Below, in pieces: positions 1 to 12,241 of a stretch of DNA of 64,000 nucleotides (its first letter is position 1; each line of letters opens with the position of its first letter). The position numbers and the translations under genes are program-made. This DNA comes from Actinomycetes bacterium (GTDB taxonomy: Bacteria > Actinomycetota > Thermoleophilia > Gaiellales > F1-60-MAGs149): the NCBI GenBank assembly GCA_025360225.1, contig JANYCN010000018.1, positions 30,504 to 94,503 on the forward strand. The letters are read 5' to 3'. A model generated the notes under the pieces. That model did not search any database. It was given only the letters and a program-made list of their open reading frames with translations, and was not told where the DNA came from.

Positions 1-3
1 GGC

Positions 4-1824
4 GTGAACGCTGACGAACCCGTCGGGCGACGAGGTGCGGAGCGATGGCCCCCGGTGCTCGTCGTTTCCTCGGCCAGGCCGAGATCGTTCGTTCGTCGCG
101 GAGCACGTGTTCAGCTGGAGTCTGGCGAGGAGGTTGCCCTGCCGTCGATGCTCCCCGGCGACCTCCCGTTCGGCTACCACCGGATCGTCGGCGCGGACGG
201 CGAGAGCGTCCTGACCGTCGCGCCTGACGCGTGCTACCTGCCGGAACATCTCGGAGGCGGGGAACGGGACTGGGGCTACTCGATCCAGCTCTACGCGATG
301 CGCTCCGCGCGCTCGTGGGGGATCGGCGACCTCGGCGACCTGCGACTGTTCGGCGAGCGTGCCGCCCGCCCGGACTTCGTGCTCCTGAACCCGCTCCACG
401 CCGCTCGGCCGACGACCCATCAGGAGAACAGCCCGTACTCGCCCTCCTCTCGACGCTACCGCAACCCGCTCTACATCGCGGTCGAGGAGGTGCCGGAGTT
501 CGGCTCCCTGACCGGCGACGACCGAACGGCGGCCGACGATGCCGCTCTCGCAGGTCGCGCGTTGACGGCGAACGCTCGGATCGATCGCGACGCATCGTTC
601 AAGCTCAAGGACGAGATCCTGCGTCGCGCGTTCCGCGCGGTCGGCGCGATCCCTGGGCGCGCGGAAGCCCTCGCCGCGTTCCGGGCGGCAGACCCTGTCC
701 TCGATCGGTTCGCGACGTTCTGCGTGATCGCAGCCCGCCACCAGGGCGGCTGGCAGGAGTGGCCGGAGAGCCTTCGCCGCGGCGACGGGGCGGCGCTCGA
801 CGCGTTCGCGACCGAAAACCAGGATGAGGTCGGCTATCACGCCTGGTTGCAGATGGTGGTCGACGAGCAGCTCGCGCAGGCCGGTTCCGGGCGGCTCGGC
901 GTGATCACCGACCTTGCTGTCGGCGTCGACGGTGGTGGCTTTGACGCCTGGTCGTTGCAGGGCGTCCTCGCCGAGGGCCTCTCCGTCGGCGCGCCGCCAG
1001 ACTTCCTTGACATCCGCGGACAGAATTGGGGGCTGCCGCCGCTCGTGCCATCCCAGATCCGGGAGCGCGCGTACGACGAGGTCGCAGCGGTCCTTCGCGC
1101 CAACATGCGCCATGCGGGCGGGCTCAGAATCGACCACGCGATGGCGTTCTTCCGCCTCTTCGTGATCCCCGCTGGCGGCACCCCCGCCGACGGGCTCTAC
1201 CTCCGCTACCCGGCCGAGGACCTGCTCGGCGTGCTGGCGCTGGAGAGCATGCGTGCTCGCTGCCTCGTTGTCGGCGAGGCGCTCGGCACCCTCGAGCCCG
1301 GGATGCTCGAGACCTTGGCGGCCCGCAACGTGATCGCCTACAACCTCGTTCTCTCGGGTCCTCGACGAGCTCGAAACCTGCCGCGACGCTCGATGGGCGC
1401 TGTCACGACCCACGACATGCCGACCCTTGCCGGACTGATCGGCGACACGAACCTGCCATACCTCCGTTCCATCGGCGTCGTGCCGGAAGGCGCGTATGAC
1501 ACCCTCGTCGGAGGCGAGGCGGAGACGCGCCGTGCGATCCGCGACCGCCTTCGCGCCGAGCGGCTTCCGCCGCTCTCGAAGATCGACCCGGTCGGCGACG
1601 CGATCCGCGGCATGTACACGTTCCTCGCACGGACGCCAAGCATGCTGACCTGTGTTGCGCTTGACGACGCGCTTGCTGCTGTCGAGCGACCAAACGTTCC
1701 CGGTACCGTCGACGAGCATCCGAACTGGCGCGTCCCGCTCCCCGTCCCGGTCGAAGGGATGGCGGCCCACCCGCTGTTTGACGACGTCAGGTCGATCATG
1801 GAGCGGCCGGTCGAGCCCGTATGA
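4..1824 (+). CDS. malQ: 4-alpha-glucanotransferase (amylomaltase, GH77); probably 5'-truncated by window edge
   Basis: WGYSIQLYAMRS..WGIGDLGDL, SPYSPSSR, DLAVG, GAPPD..GQNWGLPP, LRIDH, TTHDMPT, PNVPGT..HPNWR motifs; frame is open from position 1. Confidence 0.93.
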   Translation: MNADEPVGRRGAERWPPVLVVSSARPRSFVRRGARVQLESGEEVALPSMLPGDLPFGYHRIVGADGESVLTVAPDACYLPEHLGGGERDWGYSIQLYAMRSARSWGIGDLGDLRLFGERAARPDFVLLNPLHAARPTTHQENSPYSPSSRRYRNPLYIAVEEVPEFGSLTGDDRTAADDAALAGRALTANARIDRDASFKLKDEILRRAFRAVGAIPGRAEALAAFRAADPVLDRFATFCVIAARHQGGWQEWPESLRRGDGAALDAFATENQDEVGYHAWLQMVVDEQLAQAGSGRLGVITDLAVGVDGGGFDAWSLQGVLAEGLSVGAPPDFLDIRGQNWGLPPLVPSQIRERAYDEVAAVLRANMRHAGGLRIDHAMAFFRLFVIPAGGTPADGLYLRYPAEDLLGVLALESMRARCLVVGEALGTLEPGMLETLAARNVIAYNLVLSGPRRARNLPRRSMGAVTTHDMPTLAGLIGDTNLPYLRSIGVVPEGAYDTLVGGEAETRRAIRDRLRAERLPPLSKIDPVGDAIRGMYTFLARTPSMLTCVALDDALAAVERPNVPGTVDEHPNWRVPLPVPVEGMAAHPLFDDVRSIMERPVEPV

Positions 1825-1831
1825 TCGGGCC

Positions 1832-4296
<2,465 letters not shown>

Positions 4297-4304
<8 letters not shown>

Positions 4305-5592
4305 CGGCGCTTCCCCGCTGTGGGGGGGCCGGCTCGCCGGCGGGCTTGACCCGCGTGTCCTGGTGTTCTCCGAGTCGCTCTCGGTCGACGCGCGACTGCT
4401 CGCCCACGACGTCCGCGCCTCGATCGCGCACGTGCGGATGCTGGGCCGACAGGGGATCATCCCACCGGGCGACGCCGACGCCATCATCGGTGCGCTGGGT
4501 GACGTCGTCCTCGACGCCGGTGCGACGGACGAGGACGTCCACTCGCTGATCGAGCGTCAGCTTGTCGCCCGTCTCGGCGAGGTTGGCAAACGCGTCCACG
4601 CCGGTCGGTCGCGCAACGACCAGGTCGCGACCGCCTTCCGCCTCTGGTGCCGTGATGCGTGCGACGACGTCGCTGCCGCGATCACCGGCCTCGAGACGAC
4701 CCTCGTTGCCCGCGCCAGGGCCGACGGCGACGCGCTTCTGCCCGGGTACACCCACGTCCAGCGAGCACAGCCGATCACGCTTGGTCACCACCTCGCCGCC
4801 CACTGCTGGGCGCTGGAGCGCGACGTCACACGGGTTGCTGCCGCCAGGGTCGCCGCGGACATCTCACCGCTCGGCGCGGGCGCGCTCGCCGGGTCGAGCC
4901 TGCCCCTCGATCCGATCTCGGTCGCCGCCGAGCTTGGCTTTGCAGCGACTTTCGTGAACAGCGTCGACGCAGTAGCCGACCGGGACTTTGCTATTGATCT
5001 CTCGTATGCGGCGACGCTCTCGATGGTGCATCTCTCGCGCATGGCAGAGGAGCTCGTCCTGTGGACGAGCCAGGAGTTCGGGTTTGCCGAGCTGCCGGAC
5101 AGCGTCGCTCAGGGGTCGAGCATGATGCCGCAGAAGAAGAACCCGCAGATCGCCGAGCACGTCCGCGGACGGTCGGCCGTCTCGATCGGGCGTTTGACTG
5201 CGCTGCTTGGCGTCGTTAAGGGTCTTCCCCTGGCATATAACAGTGACATGCAGGAGGACAAGGAGATCGTCTTCGCGCTCGTTGACACGGTCGTTGGCTG
5301 CTCGACGATCCTCGCGATCGCCTACTCCGGTCTGCGGTTCGACACCGACCGGATGTCTGCCGCCGCCGGCGACGGCCTCGTCGTCGCGACCGACGTGGCG
5401 GAGGCACTCGTGCGCGCCGGGATGCCGTTCCGAGAGGCGCACGAGCAGGTTGCGCGCCGGATCGCCGCTGGGGAGCGATTTCTCTCGCCGACCGCCGCGG
5501 AGGCGGTCGCCGCGCGGGTCGGCGCCGGCAGCCCAGCCCGCTTCCGTGAACAGCTCGCAGCCCTCGACGAGCGGATCCTCAGCCGCCGATGA
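4297..5592 (+). CDS. argH: Argininosuccinate lyase
   Basis: LWGGR, EDVHSLIE, HAGRSRNDQV, PGYTHVQRAQP, GSSMMPQKKNP, GLPLAYNSDMQEDK. Confidence 0.96.
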
Positions 5593-6860
5593 TCGACACG
5601 CTCTACCCCTTGACGGCGTCGATTGAGGCCGGCAGGCTCCACCTCGGCGGCATTGACTGCGAGACGCTCGCGGAGCGGTTCGGCACGCCGCTATACGTCT
5701 ACGACGCCGCAACGTTGGCAGCACAGGCTGAGGCGTACCGCGGGCCGCTCGCCGCCGTCGGCGGCCGGGCCATCTTCGCCGCGAAGGCGAACTCGTCGGT
5801 GGGCGTGCTCCGCGCCGCGCGCGCGGCAGGGCTTGGGATCGACGTCGCCTCCGCAGGAGAGATCGCCGCCGCGGTCGCTGCGGGCTTCGCGGGCTCGGAG
5901 ATGGTCGTACACGGAAACGCGAAGGGTGACGACGACCTTACCGCTGCGCTCGACGTGGGCGCCGGCCTCGTCGTCCTCGATGCGCGGGAGGAGGCCGAGC
6001 GTCTAGGCGCCCTCGCCCGCGCCCGGTCGGTCGAGGTGGCGGTCCTCATCCGCGTCACGCCGGACATCGGCGTTGACACCCATGAGAAGGTGCAGACAGG
6101 TCACGCGGGCTCGAAGTTCGGGCTCGAGCCCGACGCTGTCGCCGCGTTGATCTCCGAGCTACCGGCTGGCCTCAAGCTGCGCGGGCTGCACGTCCATCTT
6201 GGCTCCCAGGTCGTCGATTCCGTGCCGTTGCGGTCGGCGGCCGGGTGGTGCGCCGCGTTCTGTCAGCGGATCGGCTACAGGCCATCCGTGCTTGACCTCG
6301 GCGGGGGGCTCGGCGTTGCCTACGTTCCCGGAGATGACGCACCTGACCCTTGCCGGTACGCGACTGCACTCGTCGAGGCGGTCCTCGCCGCCTTCGCCTC
6401 CCACGGTCTCGCCGCGCCGCAGCTCCTCGTCGAGCCCGGCAGGTCCGTCGTTGCTCGGGCGGGCGTCACCCTGTACCGCGTGCGCACGGTGAAGGAGACG
6501 TCGGCCGGCACGACGTGGGTGACCGTCGACGGTGGCCTAGCGGATAACCCGCGCGTCGCCCTCTACGGCGCGCGGTACGCCCCCGCGATCGCAACGCGTC
6601 TCCTCGCGCCGCCGACCGGGACGTTCGCCGTCGCCGGGCGTCACTGCGAGTCTGGCGACGTGCTTGCGACGAGCGTCGCCCTTCCTGATCCCCGTTCCGG
6701 CGACCTCGTCGTCGTCCCCGTGACGGGGGCATATCACCAGTCGATGGCCTCGACGTACAACCTGTTCGGTCGACCAGCTGCAGTGCTCGTCGAGAACGGC
6801 GAGGCGCGGGAGATCACCCGTCGCGAGTCGGTTGAGGACCTTCTGTCCCGCGACCTGTGA
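5589..6860 (+). CDS. lysA: Diaminopimelate decarboxylase
   Basis: FGTPLYVYD, FAAKAN (PLP Lys), SKFG, HVHLGSQ, LDLGGG, EPGRS, HCESGD, GAYHQSMASTYN; ATGA overlap with argH. Confidence 0.93.
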   Translation: MIDTLYPLTASIEAGRLHLGGIDCETLAERFGTPLYVYDAATLAAQAEAYRGPLAAVGGRAIFAAKANSSVGVLRAARAAGLGIDVASAGEIAAAVAAGFAGSEMVVHGNAKGDDDLTAALDVGAGLVVLDAREEAERLGALARARSVEVAVLIRVTPDIGVDTHEKVQTGHAGSKFGLEPDAVAALISELPAGLKLRGLHVHLGSQVVDSVPLRSAAGWCAAFCQRIGYRPSVLDLGGGLGVAYVPGDDAPDPCRYATALVEAVLAAFASHGLAAPQLLVEPGRSVVARAGVTLYRVRTVKETSAGTTWVTVDGGLADNPRVALYGARYAPAIATRLLAPPTGTFAVAGRHCESGDVLATSVALPDPRSGDLVVVPVTGAYHQSMASTYNLFGRPAAVLVENGEAREITRRESVEDLLSRDL

Positions 6861-6863
6861 GCG

Positions 6864-7607
6864 TTAGCGCTCGTCGCGGTGGTGCATGCCGCGTTGCTGC
6901 TGCTGGTGCTCGGGAGGAGCGACGGGCTTCTCGCCGGGCGCGCGCGTGCGCTGGGCGGAACGCTGCTCCTGGGCGGCCTCGACGAGCTGTTCGAACATCG
7001 CCTTGCCAGTTGCCTCCTCGAGGAACCTGCCGCCGTAGCGGTTGCGCACCGTCGGGTCAGCGCGGGTGACCTCGAAGTCGGCGCCAGCCTCCGGCTGCTT
7101 CGGCCCCTCGAGGAAGAGCACGTCGCCGGTGGCGAGCTTTGCGCCCGTCTCGACGCAGACGCCGCCGGCGGACGCGTCGACGACCTCGACGGAGACTGCC
7201 GCGCCAGCGGCGAGCGCCCCGCCCTTCTTCACCTGTCCCGTGAGCTGGATGCCGATCTTCTCGCGCCGATGCGCCCGCTCTGATGCGGGTTTCGGCTCGT
7301 GCAGCATGCGGATCGTCACCCGCTCGCGCATCCCGGGGAGCGAGGTTGACGTCAGCGCGAGGAACGACGCCCGGTGCCACCCGGCGTTGCTCATGTAGCG
7401 GGCGCTGAAGTACTGCCCCGGCTGGATGGTGCCGCGCGGCGCGTCGACGTCGACGGTGTCGAGCGTGCGCGGCGGTGCAAGGAAGGCGACGCCCGTCACC
7501 GACGGGATCGTCTGAAACGAGTCGACGCCTCCCAGCACGAGCGGGCTCGCGCAGGCGTTCATCCGGAATCCGCGCGTGTCCTCGGTCATCGTCATCGCTC
7601 CGTACAT
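6864..7607 (-). CDS. PilZ-domain c-di-GMP receptor (start may be 7595 or 7589)
   Basis: RAHRR (RxxxR) followed by DASAGG (DxSxxG) in the C-terminal half. Confidence 0.75.
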   Translation of the reverse strand: MYGAMTMTEDTRGFRMNACASPLVLGGVDSFQTIPSVTGVAFLAPPRTLDTVDVDAPRGTIQPGQYFSARYMSNAGWHRASFLALTSTSLPGMRERVTIRMLHEPKPASERAHRREKIGIQLTGQVKKGGALAAGAAVSVEVVDASAGGVCVETGAKLATGDVLFLEGPKQPEAGADFEVTRADPTVRNRYGGRFLEEATGKAMFEQLVEAAQEQRSAQRTRAPGEKPVAPPEHQQQQRGMHHRDER

Positions 7608-7777
7608 CCCCCTCGTCAGGTGGCGACTTCCGCGACGCCACGCACCTCACCGTACTGAAAACGACAGAAAATGCAGGCCGGAACGCGAAGATATTGCCTA
7701 TCGGATGGATGTAACCGGTATCCAGCACCCGACGACCCGGTTCGGGACGTCGACGACCAGCCGTGGCGGAACCAGCG

Positions 7778-8698
7778 TCAGTCCTCTCCGTCCCAGTAGT
7801 CGAGGCGTTCGACCCTACCGATGACGCCAACGCCCCGCCAGTAGATCTTGTTCGACCGCGGGTAGTAGCAGATGTCGTTCGGGTCGCGCTGCCCGTAGGC
7901 GAGCAGGCTCAGAGGCTCGGCGCCGGCCTGAAACGCGTGGGCGATGCGGGTCGCGGCAGGTCTGCTGATGACCGACCCTGCCGTCACTGCGTGCGTGGCG
8001 TCGCCGAGCAGCACGGTGCCGCTGCCGGCGAGCACGACGAACAGCTCCTCATCGGCCGAGTGACAGTGCTCGGGCCAGTTCAGCCTGCCTGGAGCGATCA
8101 CGACGTGGTTGAGGCCGGTCGTCTGCGCACCGGCGTGACGGCCAAGCGGTCGGGTTGCGGCGGCGCAACGCGGTCGGTCGGTCGTCATGGCGGTGACGGC
8201 GTCTCGATGCGCCACGTTCAGCCCTCGTTCGCCCGGCTCGGGAAAGGGTGGTTCCGGGAGCGAGGCCTCGCGATCCCATGGCGAGGAGCCGCCGCCCGCC
8301 TCGACCCAGTGATCGCCGAGCCACGCCCAGCCGGTTCGGGGCAACGGGCAGAGCTCGGCCGTGCGGCGCTCGCCGAACGCCAGCAGGTCGAGCCCGTCCG
8401 GGCCGGCGCGCAGCGTGTGCGCCACCGGTCCGGCGACGTGGACGATGCAGTCGCCCTCGCCGACGGCGGTCGTGCGTCCATCTTCCCAGAGAAGGCCGTT
8501 TCCGCCGAGGACGTAGAAGATCTCCTCCTCCGCGGCGTGCGCGTGACACGGCGTCGAGCGCTGGCCCGGCTGCACGCGAATCCGTCGTAACCCGACGCGA
8601 ACGCTTCCTGCAGCCTGGCCGAGGTTCTGCCAGGTGGCCTGGAGGCCGGCCTGTGGGACGTGCCGCGGACCGACATCTGCCATCTGAACGATGCTCAT
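7778..8698 (-). CDS. Tandem cupin-domain protein
   Basis: Two cupin motifs: HAHAAEEEIFYVLGG..AHTL and HCHSADEELFVVLAG..AHAF; DICYYPRSNKI tail. Confidence 0.88.
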   Translation of the reverse strand: MSIVQMADVGPRHVPQAGLQATWQNLGQAAGSVRVGLRRIRVQPGQRSTPCHAHAAEEEIFYVLGGNGLLWEDGRTTAVGEGDCIVHVAGPVAHTLRAGPDGLDLLAFGERRTAELCPLPRTGWAWLGDHWVEAGGGSSPWDREASLPEPPFPEPGERGLNVAHRDAVTAMTTDRPRCAAATRPLGRHAGAQTTGLNHVVIAPGRLNWPEHCHSADEELFVVLAGSGTVLLGDATHAVTAGSVISRPAATRIAHAFQAGAEPLSLLAYGQRDPNDICYYPRSNKIYWRGVGVIGRVERLDYWDGED

Positions 8699-8723
8699 GT
8701 GAGCAGTGTGGCAGCGCTGCCGG

Positions 8724-9275
8724 TCAGCTTGGCGGCGGCGCGTCCTCGCCCATCGCGATCGTCTCGGCGATCAGGTTGAGCGCACGGGCGAGCTCGTCGT
8801 TGTCGAACGCGCCCCCCTTCGTCGCGAACTCGCGTTGCGCCTGGCAGAGCCGGCGGATGAGGCGTGAGAGGCCTTCGCCGGACGTCCGGATCGCCGCTAC
8901 CTCCCCGTCCCAGCGGCCGACCTGCACGAGCATCGAGCGATGGTCGTTGCGCTCCGTGTAGGACCACTGCAGCTGCCGCCACTCGGCGCCGTCCGTGTCG
9001 ACCTCAGCGGACCACGCGCGGTAACAGTCTTCCGCGATCAACGCGAGCTCGCCGATCAGGGCGAACTCCTCACGGTCGAGCCGCTCGGCGAATGCCAGCG
9101 AGTTCAACAGCTCGCGCGACAGGTCGGCGCCGACGAGAGGGCTCCAGGCGGCGATGATGTCGCCCTCGGTAAAGATGGTCACGGGGGCGCGCAGGACCCG
9201 GTCGGCGCGTTCCCGCAACATCGAGGCCTGCCGAGGGTCGCTCAGGAGTCCACGGAGCTCGTCACTGATCGCCAT
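8724..9275 (-). CDS. Hypothetical protein, 183 aa
   Basis: Protein-like composition; TACCCT-N6-ATG leaderless-type start; no recognised family. Confidence 0.7.
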   Translation of the reverse strand: MAISDELRGLLSDPRQASMLRERADRVLRAPVTIFTEGDIIAAWSPLVGADLSRELLNSLAFAERLDREEFALIGELALIAEDCYRAWSAEVDTDGAEWRQLQWSYTERNDHRSMLVQVGRWDGEVAAIRTSGEGLSRLIRRLCQAQREFATKGGAFDNDELARALNLIAETIAMGEDAPPPS

Positions 9276-9304
9276 GGTTGAAGGGTAGAGCAGCTGGGTC
9301 AGAA

Positions 9305-9390
9305 GCTACACCATGGTGCCAGGCACGAGCTGTAGCGTTTGGCTCAAACGCAGGGGACGCGACAGCTCGTACCTGGCACCAGGGTGTAGC
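9305..9390. repeat. 29-bp inverted repeat (REP/REPIN-like hairpin)
   Basis: gctacaccatggtgccaggcacgagctgt (9305-9333) vs acagctcgtacctggcaccagggtgtagc (9362-9390): 27/29 complementary; alternative inner hairpin gcgtttg-gct-caaacgc. Confidence 0.85.
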
Positions 9391-9406
9391 GTCAATGGCA
9401 GGTAAT

Positions 9407-10300
9407 TTACTTGAAATAGGCGAGCTGTGGACCGATCTCATCCGCGATGTCAATGCCGTTTGCGAGGAGGGCGTCGAGGTCGTCCGGGTCGCCGATGTGG
9501 CCGTTGATCGGCACGACAAGGGCTCCACCCTCGACCTCCATGTGCGTTGGACCGTGGTCGAGAAACCAGACGATCGTCGCCGGCGAGAAGACCCGTCGGA
9601 GCGCCACGTCATCGGTCGCGTCCTGCACGGTGAGGCGGTAGCGCTTGGCGAACTCGACCGACTCGAGCTCGACCGTTCGCCCGTCTGTCACCGCCGAGGT
9701 GACCTTGTCGAACACCCGGAGCGAGAGCCCGCCGCGCTCCTCGAGGACGAGCCGGGGGATCGCCGGGTGGGGGAGGTCGACACGACAGACGGTGAAGTCG
9801 TGGTCGACGTCGACCTCGTACGTGCGGGTCGTCGTGTGTCCGTTGGCGTCTGTCGAGGTGGACGTTCGCGTCTCGCGCGTGACGTAGGTGAATGCGAACA
9901 GCGACACGGCGTGACCTTGGACGATCCCGGAGTATGCGACGCCGTACTCGCGACGGTAGCCGCTGCGGAGGAACGGCGTGTCCGTGAACGGTGGTGCCTG
10001 GGCGCTGAACGTCAGCGCGCGCGCGCTCGTCCACGCGGCGGTGGCGTCGGCGCGGGCGCGTCCGCGTGCCGCTCGAGCGAGCAGCAGCGCCCAGGTGGCG
10101 AGTCCGAGCAGAGCGCCGACTGCGCCGCCAGCGAGCCCAGCCGGTCCTGCCGCGGCGGCACCGAGGAGAGCACCAGCTACCAGGCCGCCGCCGACCGCCG
10201 CGATGCGACCCTGGCGCCAGCCCGTGGACGCGCGCAGACCGGCGCTGTACGTCGTCTGCAGAGCGTCCTCGTCGGGTAGCGTGATCGGCTCGAGCGCCAC
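9407..10300 (-). CDS. Hypothetical membrane protein (N-terminal TM hairpin, soluble C-terminal domain)
   Basis: Two hydrophobic helices; VELESVEFAKRY..DDVALRRVFSP pattern; TAGCCT-N6-GTG start. Confidence 0.7.
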   Translation of the reverse strand: MALEPITLPDEDALQTTYSAGLRASTGWRQGRIAAVGGGLVAGALLGAAAAGPAGLAGGAVGALLGLATWALLLARAARGRARADATAAWTSARALTFSAQAPPFTDTPFLRSGYRREYGVAYSGIVQGHAVSLFAFTYVTRETRTSTSTDANGHTTTRTYEVDVDHDFTVCRVDLPHPAIPRLVLEERGGLSLRVFDKVTSAVTDGRTVELESVEFAKRYRLTVQDATDDVALRRVFSPATIVWFLDHGPTHMEVEGGALVVPINGHIGDPDDLDALLANGIDIADEIGPQLAYFK

Positions 10301-10309
10301 GTCAACAGG

Positions 10310-10921
10310 CTAGCGGGCGTGGCGGGCGCGGAGCACCTCGAGCGCCGCGAGCGGATCGAGCCCGTCGCGAGCGAGGAGCACCATCGAGTGAAACCACAGG
10401 TCGGCGACCTCGCCGACGAGCGCTGCCGAGCCGGGCTCCTCCGTCAGCACCTCGGCCGCCTCCTCACCGACCTTCCGGGCGACGTGCGCGCGTGGCGCGC
10501 CAAGCAGGCGGGCGGTGTAGCTCTCGGCCGCGTCGGCCCCGACGCGTTCGACGATCGTGGCCCTCAGCTTGGCGAGCACGCCGCCACCGTCCTCACCGAA
10601 GCACGACCGCGACCCGGTGTGGCACGAAGCGCCTTCCGGTGTCACCTCGTAGAGCACGGTGTCCGCGTCGCAGTCCACGCGGATCGCCTCGATCATCAGC
10701 CGGTTTCCGCTCGTCGCGCCCTTCTCCCACAGCTCACCGCGGGAGCGGCTCCAGAACGTCGCGGTGCCTCCCTCGACGGTGCGTCGCAGAGCGTCGGCGT
10801 TCGCCCACGCCACCATCAGCACCTCTCCGGTCGCGGCGTGCTGGCAGACGCATGGCACGAGACCGTCAGCGTCACAACGGACGGTGGCGATCAGCGCATC
10901 GGCAGTCCACGCCTGCGACAT
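10310..10921 (-). CDS. hisIE: Bifunctional phosphoribosyl-AMP cyclohydrolase / phosphoribosyl-ATP pyrophosphatase
   Basis: FWSRSRGELWEKGATSGN, DCDADT, CHTGSRSCF; SYTARL..KVGEEAAE..EVADLWFH. Confidence 0.95.
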   Translation of the reverse strand: MSQAWTADALIATVRCDADGLVPCVCQHAATGEVLMVAWANADALRRTVEGGTATFWSRSRGELWEKGATSGNRLMIEAIRVDCDADTVLYEVTPEGASCHTGSRSCFGEDGGGVLAKLRATIVERVGADAAESYTARLLGAPRAHVARKVGEEAAEVLTEEPGSAALVGEVADLWFHSMVLLARDGLDPLAALEVLRARHAR

Positions 10922-11640
10922 TCGGCCTTCACCTCCGCAACGGTGAACGTACCGTCGTGGAAGATCGTCGCGGCGAGCGCGGCGCTCGTGCCCCGCGCGA
11001 GGGCCTCGGCGATGTGTGCTGGGCCGCTCGCTCCACCGGAGGCGATCACGGGGACGGCGACGCGGTCGACGATCGCACCGAGCAGCTCGAGGTCGTAGCC
11101 GGCGCCGGTCCCGTCCGCGTCCATGGACGTCACGAGCAGCTCGCCCGCGCCTAGGCGGGCGGCCTCCTCGGCCCAGTCGATCGCGTCGCGTTCCGTGGCC
11201 ACACGCCCGCCGGCAGCATGGGCGCGGTAGCCGGCGGCGGATCGGCACGCGTCGATCGCGACGACGATGCATTGTGAGCCGTGCGCCTCAGCGCACTCCT
11301 GCACGAGAGCCGGGCTGCGGAGTGCGGCGGAGTTGATCGAGACCTTGTCGGCGCCCGCACCGAGAAGCTCGCGGACGTGGCGTTCCTCGCTCACGCCGCC
11401 GCCAACGGTGACCGGCACGTCCACCTCGCGGGCGGCCTGCTCGACCTGGCGGAGAAGGGCGCTCCAGCTCTCCTTGTCGGCGGTGATGTTCAGCCAGCAG
11501 ATCTCGTCGGCCCCCTGGGCGGCGTACCGCACGGCGGCAGCGACGGGGTCGCCGCAGTCGCGGAGGTTGACGAAGTTCACGCCCTTCACGACACGGCCGG
11601 CGGACACGTCGAGGCACGGAATGATGCGTCTACGCAGCAT
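10891..11640 (-). CDS. hisF: Imidazole glycerol phosphate synthase cyclase subunit
   Basis: RIIPCLDV..VVKGVNF, GADKVSINS, VVAIDA, TSMDADGT..GYD, IASGGA. Confidence 0.96.
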   Translation of the reverse strand: MLRRRIIPCLDVSAGRVVKGVNFVNLRDCGDPVAAAVRYAAQGADEICWLNITADKESWSALLRQVEQAAREVDVPVTVGGGVSEERHVRELLGAGADKVSINSAALRSPALVQECAEAHGSQCIVVAIDACRSAAGYRAHAAGGRVATERDAIDWAEEAARLGAGELLVTSMDADGTGAGYDLELLGAIVDRVAVPVIASGGASGPAHIAEALARGTSAALAATIFHDGTFTVAEVKAECRRRGLPMR

Positions 11641-12241
11641 TCGACCAGCTCAGGAAGCCGCGGAGCATCGCTTGGCCCGCCGCGGCTGATCGTTCCGGGT
11701 GAAACTGCACGCCGGCGACGCGACCGGCAGCAACGACGCTCGCGAACGTCACGCCGTCGACCTCCGTCGTTGCGACCGTGCAGGGACCGGGATCGACGAT
11801 CGCGTAGGAGTGTGCGAAGTAGGCGCATGCCGGCAGGTCGGCTGCCAGCGGGTGGGGTGGGCCGACCGGCACGACGTCGTTCCAGCCCATGTGCGGCAGC
11901 AGGGCGACGCCGGTGAGATGTGTGACGCGACCAGGAAGCAGGCCGAGACCGGTAGTTTCCTGCTCCTCGCTCGACTCGAACAGCAGCTGGAGGCCGACGC
12001 AGACGCCGAGCAGGTAGGCGCCGCTCGTCAGCGCGGAGCGGATCGCACGTTCGAGACCGGTACGCCGAAGCGTCTCCATCGCCGGGCCGGCGGCACCCTG
12101 GCCGGGCACCATCAGCCGTGGGGCGAGGGCCACGATCATCGGGTCGCCCGAGACGACCACCTCTGCTCCGACCCGCTCCAACGCGGCCCGGAGCGAGCGG
12201 ACGTTGCCAGATCCGTAGTCGACGATGACGACCTCGCTCAC
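11630..12241 (-). CDS. hisH: Imidazole glycerol phosphate synthase glutaminase subunit
   Basis: DYGSGNVRS, PGQG, GVCVGLQ, PHMGWN, YFAHSY, QFHPE. Confidence 0.96.
   Translation of the reverse strand: MSEVVIVDYGSGNVRSLRAALERVGAEVVVSGDPMIVALAPRLMVPGQGAAGPAMETLRRTGLERAIRSALTSGAYLLGVCVGLQLLFESSEEQETTGLGLLPGRVTHLTGVALLPHMGWNDVVPVGPPHPLAADLPACAYFAHSYAIVDPGPCTVATTEVDGVTFASVVAAGRVAGVQFHPERSAAAGQAMLRGFLSWSNAA

Noticed and set aside
9290-9406. Integron attC site or CRISPR remnant
   Set aside because: No RYYYAAC...GTTRRRY ends, no integrase, and the repeat is inverted rather than a spaced direct array
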